From assembly GCA_024679065.1 (NCBI GenBank), contig JAGIQG010000001.1:82336001-82400000 (forward strand): a stretch of 64,000 nucleotides of DNA. Reading direction: 5' to 3'. The notes below the pieces were generated by a model. That model worked only from the letters and a program-made list of their open reading frames with translations, did no database searches and was not told the DNA's origin. The DNA is from Sphyrna mokarran. Its lineage: Eukaryota. Positions 35,771-48,716 of this stretch are shown piece after piece. Positions within the stretch are counted from its first letter, which is position 1; each line of letters starts with the position of its first letter. Made by a program: the position numbers and the translations under genes.

Positions 35771-36894
35771 TTGACCATTTCATGAGCATCTCAGAGATCT
35801 CCAGATGTTGTTAAAGTTCTCATGAGTTCTGTCCATATTGGATACTGGATGGGTGGCCTACGGAGGATATGATGAAAAACAGTGAGTATGAGAAGGCGAT
35901 GTGTGAAATGAGGAGCTCTGGGGCAGATGGAGGTGAGGAATAAGGTCTAGGGTACCTAATGTACACATATCAGAATTGGGCAGATGACCCAGTAAACTGA
36001 GACAGACATTGTAACCTGTCTGCCTTGATACTGCCCACCTCCATTCCTACCTTGGGTCTGCTTCAGGAGATAGTGGCATTGACCCCAGTCTTTCTCCTTC
36101 ACCCTTCCTTGAAATTATTGTGGACAGATACTGCAAGGTACTATATCATAATAATTAAAGCAAAAAAATGTGCTTGCTGAAAATCTGAAATAAAACAAAA
36201 ATTTACGGATCAACTCAACAGGCCTGGCAGCATCCATGGAGAGAAGCAAAGTTAATGTTTAAAGTCCAAAAGAACTTCCACAGAAATATGTCATAATGAT
36301 TATTCAGAGAGGCAGTAAAGACATAATAGGCCAAATGGCCATAAAAATTCAGTGATTCTATGATGATAATGGAGTGATTCAATAGATACTTGTCATTCTG
36401 ATACTGCTTCATTCACTTTAATAATACTTTGTCTACATGGACAGCCATTGACTGATGGATCATTTCTTTACTATCCATTGGGCAAATCGCTATCAACAAA
36501 AACAACTTTTTCTTTCACCTCTTCAAGTCATGAGTGGTTGACGTGAAAATTCTTCACATAATCTTTTAATTGACCTTCCTTCTTTAGACCCATTAGTAAT
36601 TTCACTTTCACAATTTAGTGACAATTACTTCTTCTTGACGCTCCTGCCAGCCTCAGAACTTTTGGCATTTTTGAAATTAAACAAAAGAAGAATTACAAAG
36701 AGACACTTGTTTAAATTGTGTGTACAAGTTGTCAATATGAGAATCTGCAGTGCCACAGATAAAGTGGGAGCTCGATAAAGTAATCTGCACAGCAATTTCA
36801 AATTGTTACACAAGGGGCCATTGTCAATCAAAGTCGGTTTTACAGATCCTTCCGGTTTGTGGGACTTTGTATAAGGGGTCTGCCAACTTTACAT

Positions 36895-37215
36895 CCAAAT
36901 CCCTCTGAACTTTAACATTTAAAGTGTCATGCCTTTTTTAAAAAGAAAATGTTTCTTTCATTCTTATTACCAATGTGAATAGCCTCACATTCTACATCCC
37001 ACTCATTTAACTTTCCTATATCTCTTTGCAGCCATTTTGTGTACTTCTCAGATCTTACATTTCCATCTAACTAACCTCGTATCATTAGCAAATTTGGACA
37101 TATTACTTGTGGTCCTTTCTAAGTCATTAAAGATAGAGTGTAAATAGTTGAGGTCACAGCTTTATTTGGTATCAGTACTCCACTAGTTACAGCTTGCTGC
37201 CTTGAAAATGTTCCA
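36895..37215 (-). mobile_element. Old CR1 RT fragment
   Basis: Antisense SKFAND (tcattagcaaatttggac) and QAVTSGV motifs. Confidence 0.6.
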
Positions 37216-37518
37216 AATATCTGTACTCCATGTTTCCTACTGAATAAGCTACACAAAAAGTCAGAAACAGCGATTGCCATTCCTTTTAATACTTCCTCAT
37301 CATTAATCGATAATGTATCAGCTCCTGATTTTAATATTTGCCCATGGCACAAGCATCATTTCCACAGTCAAGTGAATTTATCATTGTATTACAGCATCAT
37401 ACCGTTGTTTGAACTGGTTGCCTTTTTCAATTTTTGGAGTATTGTGTAACCCTGTCTGCTTACCAATTTAAAACAATGATTTGGATTCAATTGTTGAAAT
37501 TAACACATTCCTGCACCA

Positions 37519-37820
37519 TAGGCACAATGGTTAGCACTGCTGCCTCACAGTGCCAGGGTCCCAGGTTTGATTCCTGGCTTAGATCACAGTGTGGAGTTTG
37601 CATATTTTCCCTGTGTCTGCATGGGTTTCCCTCGGGTGCTCTGCTTTCCTCCCACAGGTGTGTGAGTTAGGTTGATTGGCCATGCTAAATTACCCCTTAA
37701 TGTCAGGGGGACTAGCTAGGGCAAATGCATGAGATTATGGGGATAGACCCCATGTGAGATTGTAGTTGGTGCAGACTTGATGGGCTCAATGGCCTCCTTT
37801 TGCACTGTAGGATTCTAGAT
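37519..37820 (+). mobile_element. V-SINE (HE1-like), tail type A
   Basis: Head, core and gatgggctcaatggcctccttttgcactgtaggattcta tail. Confidence 0.87.
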
Positions 37821-37999
37821 CATTAAAGCACAGCTGCTCTAAAACTATGCGAAGGTATAATCTTAGTCAGAAAAATCAGGAATCTTATTAGACAATTACA
37901 GTGCCTCTGATTCACAATAAATAATATATAAAGGCAAAATATCCAAGTTTTCTGATTATGGCTCATGAATTAAGATATGCTGACACAGTGAGATACAAT

Positions 38000-40146
38000 C
38001 AGGAGGGAGTTTCCCTAGAGATCCTCAACATTGACTCTGGATCCCATAAAGTCTCGTCTTAGGAAGTCAGACATGGGCAAGGAAACATCCTGCTGATTAT
38101 CATGTACCACCCCCACTCAGCTGATGAATCAGTACTCCTCCGTGTTGAGCACCTCTTGGAAAAAGCACTGACAGTGGCAAAGGTACAGAAAATGCTCTTG
38201 GTGGGATCTTTGATGTCCTTCAGCTTGAATAGCTCAATAGCATCACCACCAGACCGAGCTGATCAAGTCCTGAAGGACATAACTGCTCGATTGGATCTTT
38301 AGCAGGTGGTGAAGGAACCAACAAGAAGGAAAAACATAGTTGACCTCATCCACACCAACCTGCCCTCTGTCCATGAAGGAATCAGTAGGAGTAACTAGCA
38401 CATAGTCATTTTGGGGATGAAGTCCAGTCTTCATAATGAGGATACCCTCCAATGTATTGTGTGACTCTTCTATTTATGCTAAATAGGATAGACTTTGAAC
38501 AGATCTAGCAATTCAAGACTCAGCTTTCCTGGGGCTGTGTGGACAATCAATAAAAGCAGACATATACTCATCCACAGCCTCATAGCCCATTCTATCATTA
38601 CCACCAAGCCAGAGGATGAACCCTGAGATGAGAGCGACTGCCCTTGATATTAAGGTCAAATTTGACTGAATGTGGTGTCAAGGAGCTTTAGCAAAACTGA
38701 AGTCAATGGGAATTGGAAAAAAACCCTCTGCTTGCTGAAGTCATACTTAGCAGAAAGATAGATGGTTGTGGTTCTTAGAAGTAGTTATCTCAGCTCCAGG
38801 ACATCACTTCCTCAGGGTAGTGGCCTCAGTCCAACTGCCTTCAGCTGTTTCACCAATGACATTTCTTCCATCATGTCAGAAGTGAGGATATTCACTGATG
38901 ACTGCACAATATTCAGTTCGATTCATGACTCCTCAGATACTGGAGCAGTCCATTCCAAACGCAACAAGACCTGGACAATATTCAGGCTTGGACTGTCAAT
39001 GGCAAGTAACATTCACACTACACAAGTGCTAGGCCATGGCCAATCTCTGAAAAAAGAGAATCTAACCATCATCCATTGACATTTAATGGTTTATCATCAC
39101 TGAATCCCCTGCTATCAATGTTCTGGGAATTACCATTAACCAGAACAACAACTGGGCTATCCATATAAATATAATGGCTACAAGAGCTGGTGAAAGGCTA
39201 GGAGTCCAGGTTGTGGATGAGTATACTTCTGCTGGTTGTCCATAGTGCCGCAGAAACACTGAATCTTGAGTTGCTAGATCTATTCGAAGTCTATCCTATT
39301 CAGCATCGCGGTAGCACCATACAACACATCGGAGAATATCCTCATTATGAAGACTGGACTTTATCTCCACAAGGACTGTATGCTAGTTATTCCTACTGAT
39401 TTCTTCATGGACAGAAGGCAGGTTGGTGATCAACTATGTTTTTCCCTCTTGTTGATTCCTTCACTACCTGCTGCAGAATAACTCACCTCCAAACCCCCAA
39501 AGCTCAATCTCCAAGGCACAAGTCAGGAGTTTACTGGAATACTCTCCACTTGCCTGGATGAATGCAGCTCCAACAATACTCAGCAAGCTTGACACTGTCC
39601 AGGGCAGAGTCGTCCAATTGATTGGTGCTCTTTCCACAAACATTTACTCCCTCCATCACCAATGCACAGAAGCATCAGTGTGTACTACCTACAAAGTGCA
39701 CTGGCAGGAGCATAGCAAGACTTTCAGACAGCACCTTCCAAATCCAAGCCACTAGAAGCACAAGGGCAGTAGACATGTGGGAATACTGCTACTTGGAGGT
39801 ACAACTCTAGTTTTAAAATTTATCTATTCGTATCACAGATAGACTTACATTAACACTGCAATGAAGTTATTCCGAAAATCCGGTGCACTGAGGGAGAATT
39901 TTAGCATGGCCAATGCACCTAATCAGTTTTTCAGACCCACCATCCTGCCTTGGATATATATCACCATTCCTTCACTTTGGTGAACTAAAATCCTCAAACA
40001 CTCTCCCTAACAGTGCTGTGGATGGACCTGCACCACATAGACTGCAGTGATTCAAGAAGGCAGCTCATTGCCTACCATCTTCTCAAGGGCAATTAGTGAT
40101 GGATAACAAATGCTGGCCTCACATCCCATGAATGAATAAAAAAAAA
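38000..40146 (+). mobile_element. Second LINE family, long decayed copy (endonuclease to 3' tail) with internal deletions and insertions
   Basis: YHPHSADESVLLRVEHLLE (EN), PQGSGLSPTAFSCFTND, IFTDDCTIF, KLDTVQGRVVQLIG, tail ..cccatgaatgaataaaaaa. Interrupted by a SINE tail piece at ~39815-39930. Confidence 0.82.
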
Positions 40147-41687
40147 ATCACCTTAGAATGATTTGCTATATTAAAAGTGCTTTAACACAGTTACACAAAA
40201 CCAGTAAGAATAATAGAGTAAGTAATTGTTGAACTCATAGATTAGAAATACATAACAAAGAAGAAAACCACATGTGACATTTTAATTTCTTCTGTTTTTG
40301 CAATGTTTCTGTTAATGTTTAATAGATGGCCCATTTAACCAATACGATGGATTTCTTTCGCCCAACTTTTCTCTTTTCTTTTCACTTCCCAACTATAGAC
40401 AAAACAAGAATCAACACTTTGCTGCAATTGAAAAACAAAATATATTTATTTCCAATAAATGTTTAAGGTTATTTTTCCAGAATTGCCCTTTGGGTCAACA
40501 AGATCCATCTGAATAATATATAACAACGAGCTTTGTAATATTTCATTCCTTGATGAATTAATGTGACATTGATCTGCAGGAATGCCCCAGGCATTGATGG
40601 ATTTACAGAATTTGTAGAAAGACATAAGATGGTGCAATAGCTTAGGCAGTGGCATTGCACCTTTGGATTCAACTCTAAACCCAGTTATTAGAATTAGAGT
40701 GTCCAGTGTCTGTTGGCTGTAACAAGTCTATGCAAAATGAATTTGGGCATTATAAACTCATGTTTTCTTTGGAGAAAACTGTTCTGTGGAAACCCCCATT
40801 AGGTCCATGGGGAATAACTGATTGATCTCCCTGTGTGAGGCTTATTGAGTATGAGTTGTCCTAGTAACAGGCAGTGACTTGCCCTGATGGAATTCATTAC
40901 CTGAACCTTTTACATGGCAGGCCCAGGACTAGGCCTGCTGAACTGCAGTTCCAAGCAGGGACTGGTTCTACTTTGCATTCTGTAATGTACTGTGTTCTTT
41001 GCCAGTTGGGCTTCCTAAGTCATTACATGCTCTAGTTTAGCATCAAACTGGCTGTTTCATTCAGAAGGGAGGACAAACAATTTTCCCTGGCATCCTATTA
41101 CATTTTTATTGATGTTTTATGTTGAAGTGAGGGTGTTCCATTCCCAGCATGAACATCATTCAGCTGCAGGGAAACAATTTATAAAATACGGATGATTAAT
41201 CTGGTTGCCTCTTTCAACTAAAGGTTATGGAGTATAATTGAATTATGTTTGTATTGGAATATGTACCTTCCAGGGAGAAAAAATATTTTCTACTGTAAGA
41301 TAAACAACAGCCTTACTGCAAAATGCTCAGTGCTATGGCCCTCTTGCACCAATAGAGATCTGACTACAGATAAATATATTAAATGATGCTGTGTTACAAC
41401 AGGACATGTAAACTTTAGAACTTATTATTTGGATCAGACCTTGATTAAACTTGGTAATTCACATGTTAAATTTAATGGCCATGATAGTGACATCATCCAT
41501 CAGCCAACAAGCTAGGGAAGCCAGCCATGATTATTTTCAGAAGGTCTGTTGGAAATTAATTGGAATCGGGCTGTTTAATGGTGGAGACTCTACCACTAAA
41601 GATTGCTGACCAATCCAAAAACTGGCAATTCCTCAGTTGTAGCAGGGCAGGTAATTTCATCATGTGCTTATCAATATCAAGTACACC

Positions 41688-42000
41688 ATGGAGTGGCATG
41701 TTGGCTAGCACTGCTGTCTCACAAAGTCGGGAACCTGGTTTCAAATTTGGCTTTGGATAACTGTGGAATTAGCACATTCTCCCCACGTCTGATGGGTTGC
41801 TCCATTTCATTCCACAGTCCAAAGATGTGCAGGTTAGATGGATTGGCCATGTTGAATTGCCCCTTAGTTAAGAGGATCAGCCACACTAAATGCATAGGAT
41901 TATAGTGAAGGGGAAAGTCTGGGTGCAATGCTCTTTGGAAGCTCAATGCAATCTCAATGGGCTGAATGGCCTTTTTCTACACTGTAGGGATCCTATGGTA
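41688..42000 (+). mobile_element. V-SINE (HE1-like), tail type A, diverged
   Basis: gctagcactgctgtctcac..ccacagtccaaagatgtgcaggttagatggattggccatg..ctgtagggatcctatg. Confidence 0.83.
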
Positions 42001-42679
42001 CTACTCTGTCAGGCGCTTGCAGTCCCTGAGCTGGTGACTGAGTATAAGGTCAAGTGGCAATGCATCATTATCATCATCACTTTCATGGAGTAGCTCTTCC
42101 TCTGCCTCTGCTGAGTTTGTCCAGCCCCTGGCTCCTCTGTATTTGAGTGCACACAAACAGAAAAGGAGATATGAGCTGAAGGGAAGGGAGTGAGAGGGAA
42201 AATAGGAGCTGCATGATCACATTATCTTCAGCTCCCATTTGATACCATATCTCAAGATGAGGGTGAGAAAGGAGTTGAAAAAAGGCACAAGGCCTTACTT
42301 ATCACTATCCAGGATAGCCTCTATTGTCTGGTTGCCACAGGCTCTATTGTTTGCCATTCATGACCTTTCAGACTATCTCCTCCAGGGAACACAAGAGATG
42401 GATTTTGGTCATGGTATCCTTCTGTCTGGTCCTCTGCCTCTCACTTATGTTATGTGTCACCTTCCTCTGCAAGGGAAAGAGCAGAGTGTCAGAGAATATG
42501 TGGCACTGGCTTAGGTTATGTGTCTTTAATAGCTGAATGGTTGACTGGGTCTGTTGCTGGCTGAATTGAAATAGATGTGTGTGTTTGACTGTGTTCAAAT
42601 ATGAATCCTGACTTGCAGGGATTTTTGATGTGTGTGTGATGCGGGGAGGGGTCATACATTGAGCAGAGTAAGCTGAGCA

Positions 42680-42975
42680 TGTGATGGATATATTCACTCA
42701 TCTTGACCAGTTGTGTAAAGTCATTGCATTTCTTCCTCCTTTGCTGACCTGTGTTTGCTTTCAAACTCTGGGCATTCATCTCCTGGGAAATGTGTTCCCA
42801 TTCTTTCTTCAGGCTGTTTTCCACCTGGGGAATTATTTTGTCTCTCTGGAGCCCAGCCTGTTGACTAGAACATGCAGTGTGATATAACAAAAGCAGGGAA
42901 TCTTCTCTCTTGACTGCTACATTTTCCTTCCAATGTTGAAAATTGATTTTCTGTCTTTCTTTAATAGGCACTGAA
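42680..42975 (-). pseudogene. Decayed Myb/SANT-like DNA-binding ORF of a PIF/Harbinger transposon
   Basis: ORF 42516-42971 contains LKKEWEHISQEMNAQSLKANTGQQRRKKCNDFTQLVK, matching the trihelix pattern W..IA..VNA.....RT..QCRKK.NDL. Confidence 0.72.
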
Positions 42976-43714
42976 CTTTTAAGATTGGCAAATAATGCTG
43001 CTTGGCCTCCTGTTGTACACAGAGACTGTTAACAGCATGCCGACCAAAGCAGCAGTTGGAGCTGCTTGTGTCAATACAGACATCATGTAGATAGGATGGT
43101 AATTGAAATTGTTCACCCCACTCAGCAAACCATAACCTCATAGCCCAAAATCAGTTTAAACCACATTCTAGTCAATGGATTCTAGCTGAAGGATATTGAT
43201 GTGTACAGTGGCCAACATACACATTTTGTTCATGTTGAGGAGAGCAAATGTTAGTTTTGCAGGAGTATGAATTTTATTAACATATACATTCAGATCTGCA
43301 CAGGTATGTTACTGAAATAGAAAACATTTTGCTATCATATATTTCCAGCCTTGAACTGCTCAGCATGATGGAATAGGAAATATAAAGGAAACTGCATCAG
43401 ATTCAAGTACAAGTCACTGACCAATTGTAATCCTTAATATCATAAAACAACTATTAATTGCTGTGCGAATATTCTCATTCTATAAGTTGGAAATATAAAA
43501 AGCCATTCAAACAGATTCCAGGTTGCTGCACTGATCTAACTAATTTGCAAGTTGTTTATTGAGCTAAATTATTGCCCAAGTTTTTCAATGTATATGAAAA
43601 ACATATGGAGAGGGTTTTTCAATGAGAATTTTATTGTAAGATGCTAAATTGTGCAACACTGTATGCTAGCTGATGTTGTTGCAGTTTGTGATTTGTATGT
43701 GCACATGTGGAATC

Positions 43715-46700
43715 TTTTCATTTAAACAGTTAATATAGATTATAAATAGCTGAAGCCAAAGTACTGATCCTTGCCATATCCTGCAATTTACAATCTACCA
43801 ACTCAAAAAGTCCCATTTATTTCAATTCTTTTTTCTGTCATTAATTAATCCTCAACTTGTGTTAATATGTTTACTCTAACCCCATGAGTCCTAATTTGAT
43901 GAAATAACCTTTTGTGTGAAATAGAATGCCTTTTGAAAATCCAAATACAATAGCGTTACTGATTCTCCATCATTTATCTACTGCAGCTAGCATAGTAACT
44001 ATAGTTACATGTTCAAAAACACACTCAATCGATTTGTCAAACATACTTTCATAAGTCTGAATTGCTTCTGCTTAATCATATTGTGATTTTGAAAGTTTCT
44101 TGTTATCCGAATGATAGATTCTAGCATTGTGCCTACTGTTGATGTTCAGCTAATCCTCCCTCTTTATTACCTTTCCCATTTCTGAAATAGCATGTTTATT
44201 TTTGTTGCTTTTCAGTTCTAGGGAACTATTCTAGCATCCAATGAATTCTGGAAGATTAAAACCAATGCATCCACTATCTCTGCAGCTCCCTTTTTTAAAA
44301 TTCTAGGATGCAGATCATCAGATTCAGGGAATTTGTTGCCATTTAATCATACTGATTTCTTTAGTACTGTTTCTTTACTTGCATAAACTTCTTCAAATTC
44401 CCAATACTTGCTAGACTCTTGCTTTCACATTATTCCCAGAACGTTTTTTGTGTCTTCCACTGTGAAGACACATACAAGGGGTGGAAATTTTATGACCCCT
44501 TCTGCTGGTGGGATCTTCCAGTCCCGTTGAAGTCAATGGAGTTTCGAATGGCCTGCTGCATTTTCTGGGCCCGTCCCCACCGCAATAGGATCATAACATT
44601 CCAACAAAGTATTTGGCTAATGTCACTGCTACTTTCTCATCTCTCAATTTCACCTCTCTCAACCTCTAGTGGGCCCATGCTTAACTTTTAATAATTCTAT
44701 TGTTGCAACCAGGTTAACAGCAATAAAGTGATTCCTCTCTGTCCCGCTCCAGAGTTTGAATTTAAAAAGCCAATGTTACTAATTTAATGTTTATATAACT
44801 GTGTGTGCCCTAATGGAAGAAATTAGTCAGCAAGGTATCTTAAATTAACAAGAATTACTTTTATTACTAAACCTTACCTAGATAAAGGTGCAAAAATTAT
44901 TAATAGAATGTTGTAAATGTATGGATATGTCCAACTATCCACTAATCCAAAAAACATGCATACTTCCCCAAAAACTCTGTGATAATGAATAAAATTCTGA
45001 AGATTTCAGATATTAGAAGTAATAATTAAAGTCAGAAAAAAATGTTCAGAGTATCCAGATGCTTGTTTATAGATTAAGGGACATGATCCTTAGTAACCGC
45101 TGGTTCTTGTGATACCTCACTACAGATAATCCTGTTTATTCAGAATTCTCATTTAAGAACTCTTAGTTTTCAGCAATGAGATCTTCTGGTGTGTTTTTTA
45201 ATCACAAACAGCTCATCTTTTATGAGAAAAATTTCAGAATATAAGTAGGATAAGCCTTTTGTCCCTTTGGCAGTCTCTCTGTGCCTTTTCATCGAGGGTC
45301 GAAGGGCCTGTATTGCGCTGTAATGTTCTAAATCCAATATCTCTTTATATCTAAGCTCGTACATGTGACTTCTTTCTGAGATTTTCATTAACTCAGTGCC
45401 TCCATAAAAGTAGCTTGTGTTATACACAAGTTCAATAATATCTACTGTAAGCTAATATCCTTTGTTTCGGAAAAGTTTTCTTTTCAAAGAATTTTATACA
45501 AGTGTATATCTAGTCGATGGTATTGTAAAGTAATATATGTCTAGTCAATGACATTTTAAATGAATGTTCACAACACTATAAGAATATATGTAATGAATTT
45601 TATGCCCCTTGGTCTATTCACAAATCCTTTTTTCTTTTTACTTATCAATTTTTGGACCCCTATGCTGAATTCTAAAACTCTCTCCCTCCTTAAGCTTCCC
45701 AATCCTTATGGCAACATCATAAGCCTCATACTATAATGAAATGCTATTTTTATCTCCTCTTGGTCACATGTGCACAACTTTTTCTGTAGAATTTGTGTGC
45801 CTTTTATGAAATGTTACTTGCTGCAAATTTTGTATCAATTATTTAGTTAGTTGTTCATGTCTACTGTCATATTTTTAATGTTTTTTTAAATTTATTTTTC
45901 TAATCTACCTTATTTAACCTACCCCACGTACTTATATAGTTTGTTTTGTTTTGATTTAGGACCTAGCTTCGGACCTAACTAATTTCCAAAATGCAATATA
46001 AAATGTGATAATATAATGATCCATCTTCCTTGAAGGCCACTTTACAAAAGGCAATTTGTTAAAAACTTTGCCCTTGAACAATATCAGGTCCAAAATAGCC
46101 AGTTCCTTAGTTGGTTCTCTGTTGTAAGAATCTGGAAAATTATGTTGTACAGGTTCCATAAACTCACCCTCCATGCTATAGGCAGGATTCTCCGATCTTG
46201 TCTGTGGCCTCCCCGCTGCAAGCAGGAATAGAAAATTTAGTGTTCCAACCAAATTCCATTCACTTTCAGCAGCACTGGAGAATCCCAGCTGTGAATGAGG
46301 ACAGATGTTTTTGGCCTATGACTACAAATTTGGTGTGTCCAGTCTGTATAATGATTAAAGATCCTCATGATTATTTTATTATCCTTATTACATGTGCTTC
46401 GAATGTCCTCTGCTGTACACTACAACTACAATTAGCACAGCTTCTGAACAATTTGCACAAAGGTTTGCCGCTTCTGAACTCCACCCAAACTGATACCACA
46501 TCTTGATTAACTAAGCTAAGATCCTTTCTCTCTGCTGTCTTTATTCTAATTTTTATTATCAAGGAAAACTGTCTTTCATTTCCATGTTGTCTTTCTCTTC
46601 TAAAGGTTAAGTATCCAGGAATATTTAATTCCTAATCTGGCCACCTTGCAAGCATCAATATCTATTAGAAGATACCTACTAATCTTTATCTGTGCTATTA

Positions 46701-47750
46701 GTATATCTAGTTTATTGTGAATACTTCACACATGCAGGTTTAATGCTTTAGTTTTGATGCTCTTCAAATTTTTGCTGATGTCACCTTTGCCTCTAATGCC
46801 CTTTATCCCTTCCTAACTCACTCTGTTTATTTAATCCACAACATCACTTCATTCTTGACATTTGTTTTTGATTTTTGTTCTTTCTGAATCCTACAACGCC
46901 AACTTCAATAGTTCAACCTCAGCCTACCATCCTAGTCATTTGTCTTTTCAGCACACATGTCACAGCCTAGTTTAAGCAGAGCTCATCCAAACTGAATAGC
47001 TCTATTTTTACCCAGTGCTGAGGCCAGTGGTCCATGAATCAAAACCCTTGCCTCCCATATCATGCTGTCAAGTATGCACTTAACTTGATCATGTTAATCT
47101 GTTCACCCAATATGGTATTCTGGGGTGACTCATGTACCAATCCAGAAATTTCTATTTTTGAGGTTCTGCTTTTTAATTTAGATCCAAACTCCACAATGTA
47201 CCTATGTTGCTGTTTCCTATATCGACTAAAACTATTTGTTCGCTCTTGCTTGAGTTCTTCCCCAGCTGCATGGAGATGTCCAAAATCTTGACATCAGGTA
47301 AGCAACAAAATGGTCAGAACTTCTGGCTGAGGATGCTATATTTTCCTGACTGCATTGTTACCCTATCAATCCTTTGCGCTTATGCCACTTAAATGTCTCC
47401 GTGCTGCTGAGGTCAGTTTGTTCATTCAAATTGCAGTCCTTATTCTCATTCACACAGGTGGCAGGTACCTTGTATCTTTTCATCTAGTGAAGCATTGAGA
47501 CTTCTTCATGATGGATCTCCGTACCTGCCTAACTCGTAGTCATACCCTCCTTTCCATAATCGTTGACCAACTCTAATGTTCTACTTAATCTAATGAGTGT
47601 GACTGCCTCCTGAACAAAGTCTCTCAATCCCTGATACCAAGCAATATCTTCACCTTAAATCCAGCTTAACTACTCAGAATTGAAGTTTCTCTAGCTGCAG
47701 ACACTTAATACAAATATAGTTGTTGGAGATAGGAATGTCCTCCAAAACCT
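43715..47750 (-). mobile_element. Old, long CR1 copy (RT, endonuclease and upstream region) interrupted by a solo LTR and small MITEs
   Basis: Antisense QGSVL (agtactgatccttg), VYLDF-like (aatccaaataca), EPTKELAILDLIL, and VSVWVEFRS. Small TIR elements at ~44478-44603 and ~46180-46292. Confidence 0.65.
44701..45575. mobile_element. Probable solo LTR with a 4-bp TSD (Gypsy-like)
   Basis: Starts TGTTGCAAC and ends GTTCACAACA (TG..CA, imperfect inverted termini). Flanked by ctat (44697-44700) and ctat (45576-45579). Confidence 0.6.
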
Positions 47751-48384
47751 GCTGCGTCCTGTGGTTACAGCACACCACCTACCATGCCATGTTTATGAAG
47801 TTTATTTAGTTTTTGACTTAATTAGTTAATTAGTTGAGTATTTTTAATTGGATCTATTCTTTTCATTTAATTAATGTTCTCATTTAAGTTTCTAATTTGG
47901 TAAACTAACAGCAAGTTAAAGCTTCCTAGCTTAGGGACAGAAGAAAACACTTCGCAGATGGTGGATCTACAAGAAAGGATAAAAAAAGACACCTCTTCCC
48001 CATCTGCTCCAACTGTCCAAATGCACCATATTTCCAGTTGTTAACAAACCACTCAATCCTGTAGCTACTCTGTTTTCCCCACTCTCCTGCATTAACTGTC
48101 TGCCAATCTGAGTTGGTGCAACCACGAGACAAACTAGGCAGTCACCTAGTCAAATATTTTTGTCAGTGGGTGGGGGGAGGGGAGCTGCATGGTTGTGGGG
48201 CAGTGGCAGAATAATTAATGAACTATTCATAAATCAATGTAAGTAATTAAACAGACTTCAGCATTGGAAATAATAGGTCCAGATCTATTGATATATATCC
48301 ACATAGACTGATATACAGATACATTTTCAAGTATTTACATTGCAGTCTTTTCAAAAATTGTATACTATATTCCTCACTCATTTA

Positions 48385-48716
48385 TTCAACAATTAGAACA
48401 AAGAACAATACAGCACAGGAAACAGGCCCTTCGGCCCTCTAAGCCTGCGCCACTCATTGGTCCAACTAGACCATTCTTTTGTTTCCCTCCATTTCCAGTC
48501 TGCTCATGTTGACTATCCAGATAAATCTTAAATGATCCCAACGTGTCCGTCTCCACCACCCTGCTTGGCAGTGCATTCCAGGCCCCCACCACTCTGTGTA
48601 AAATACGTCCCTCTGACATTTGAGTTAAACCTCACTCCCCTCACCTTGAACCTGTGACCCCTTGTGTTTGTCATGTCTGACCCGGGAAAAAGCTTCCCAC
48701 TATTCACCTTATTCAT
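48385..48716 (-). mobile_element. CR1 3' end
   Basis: TRGHRFKVRG and RVVGAWNALP motifs, tail agaacaaagaacaatacagcacaggaaacaggccc. Confidence 0.9.
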
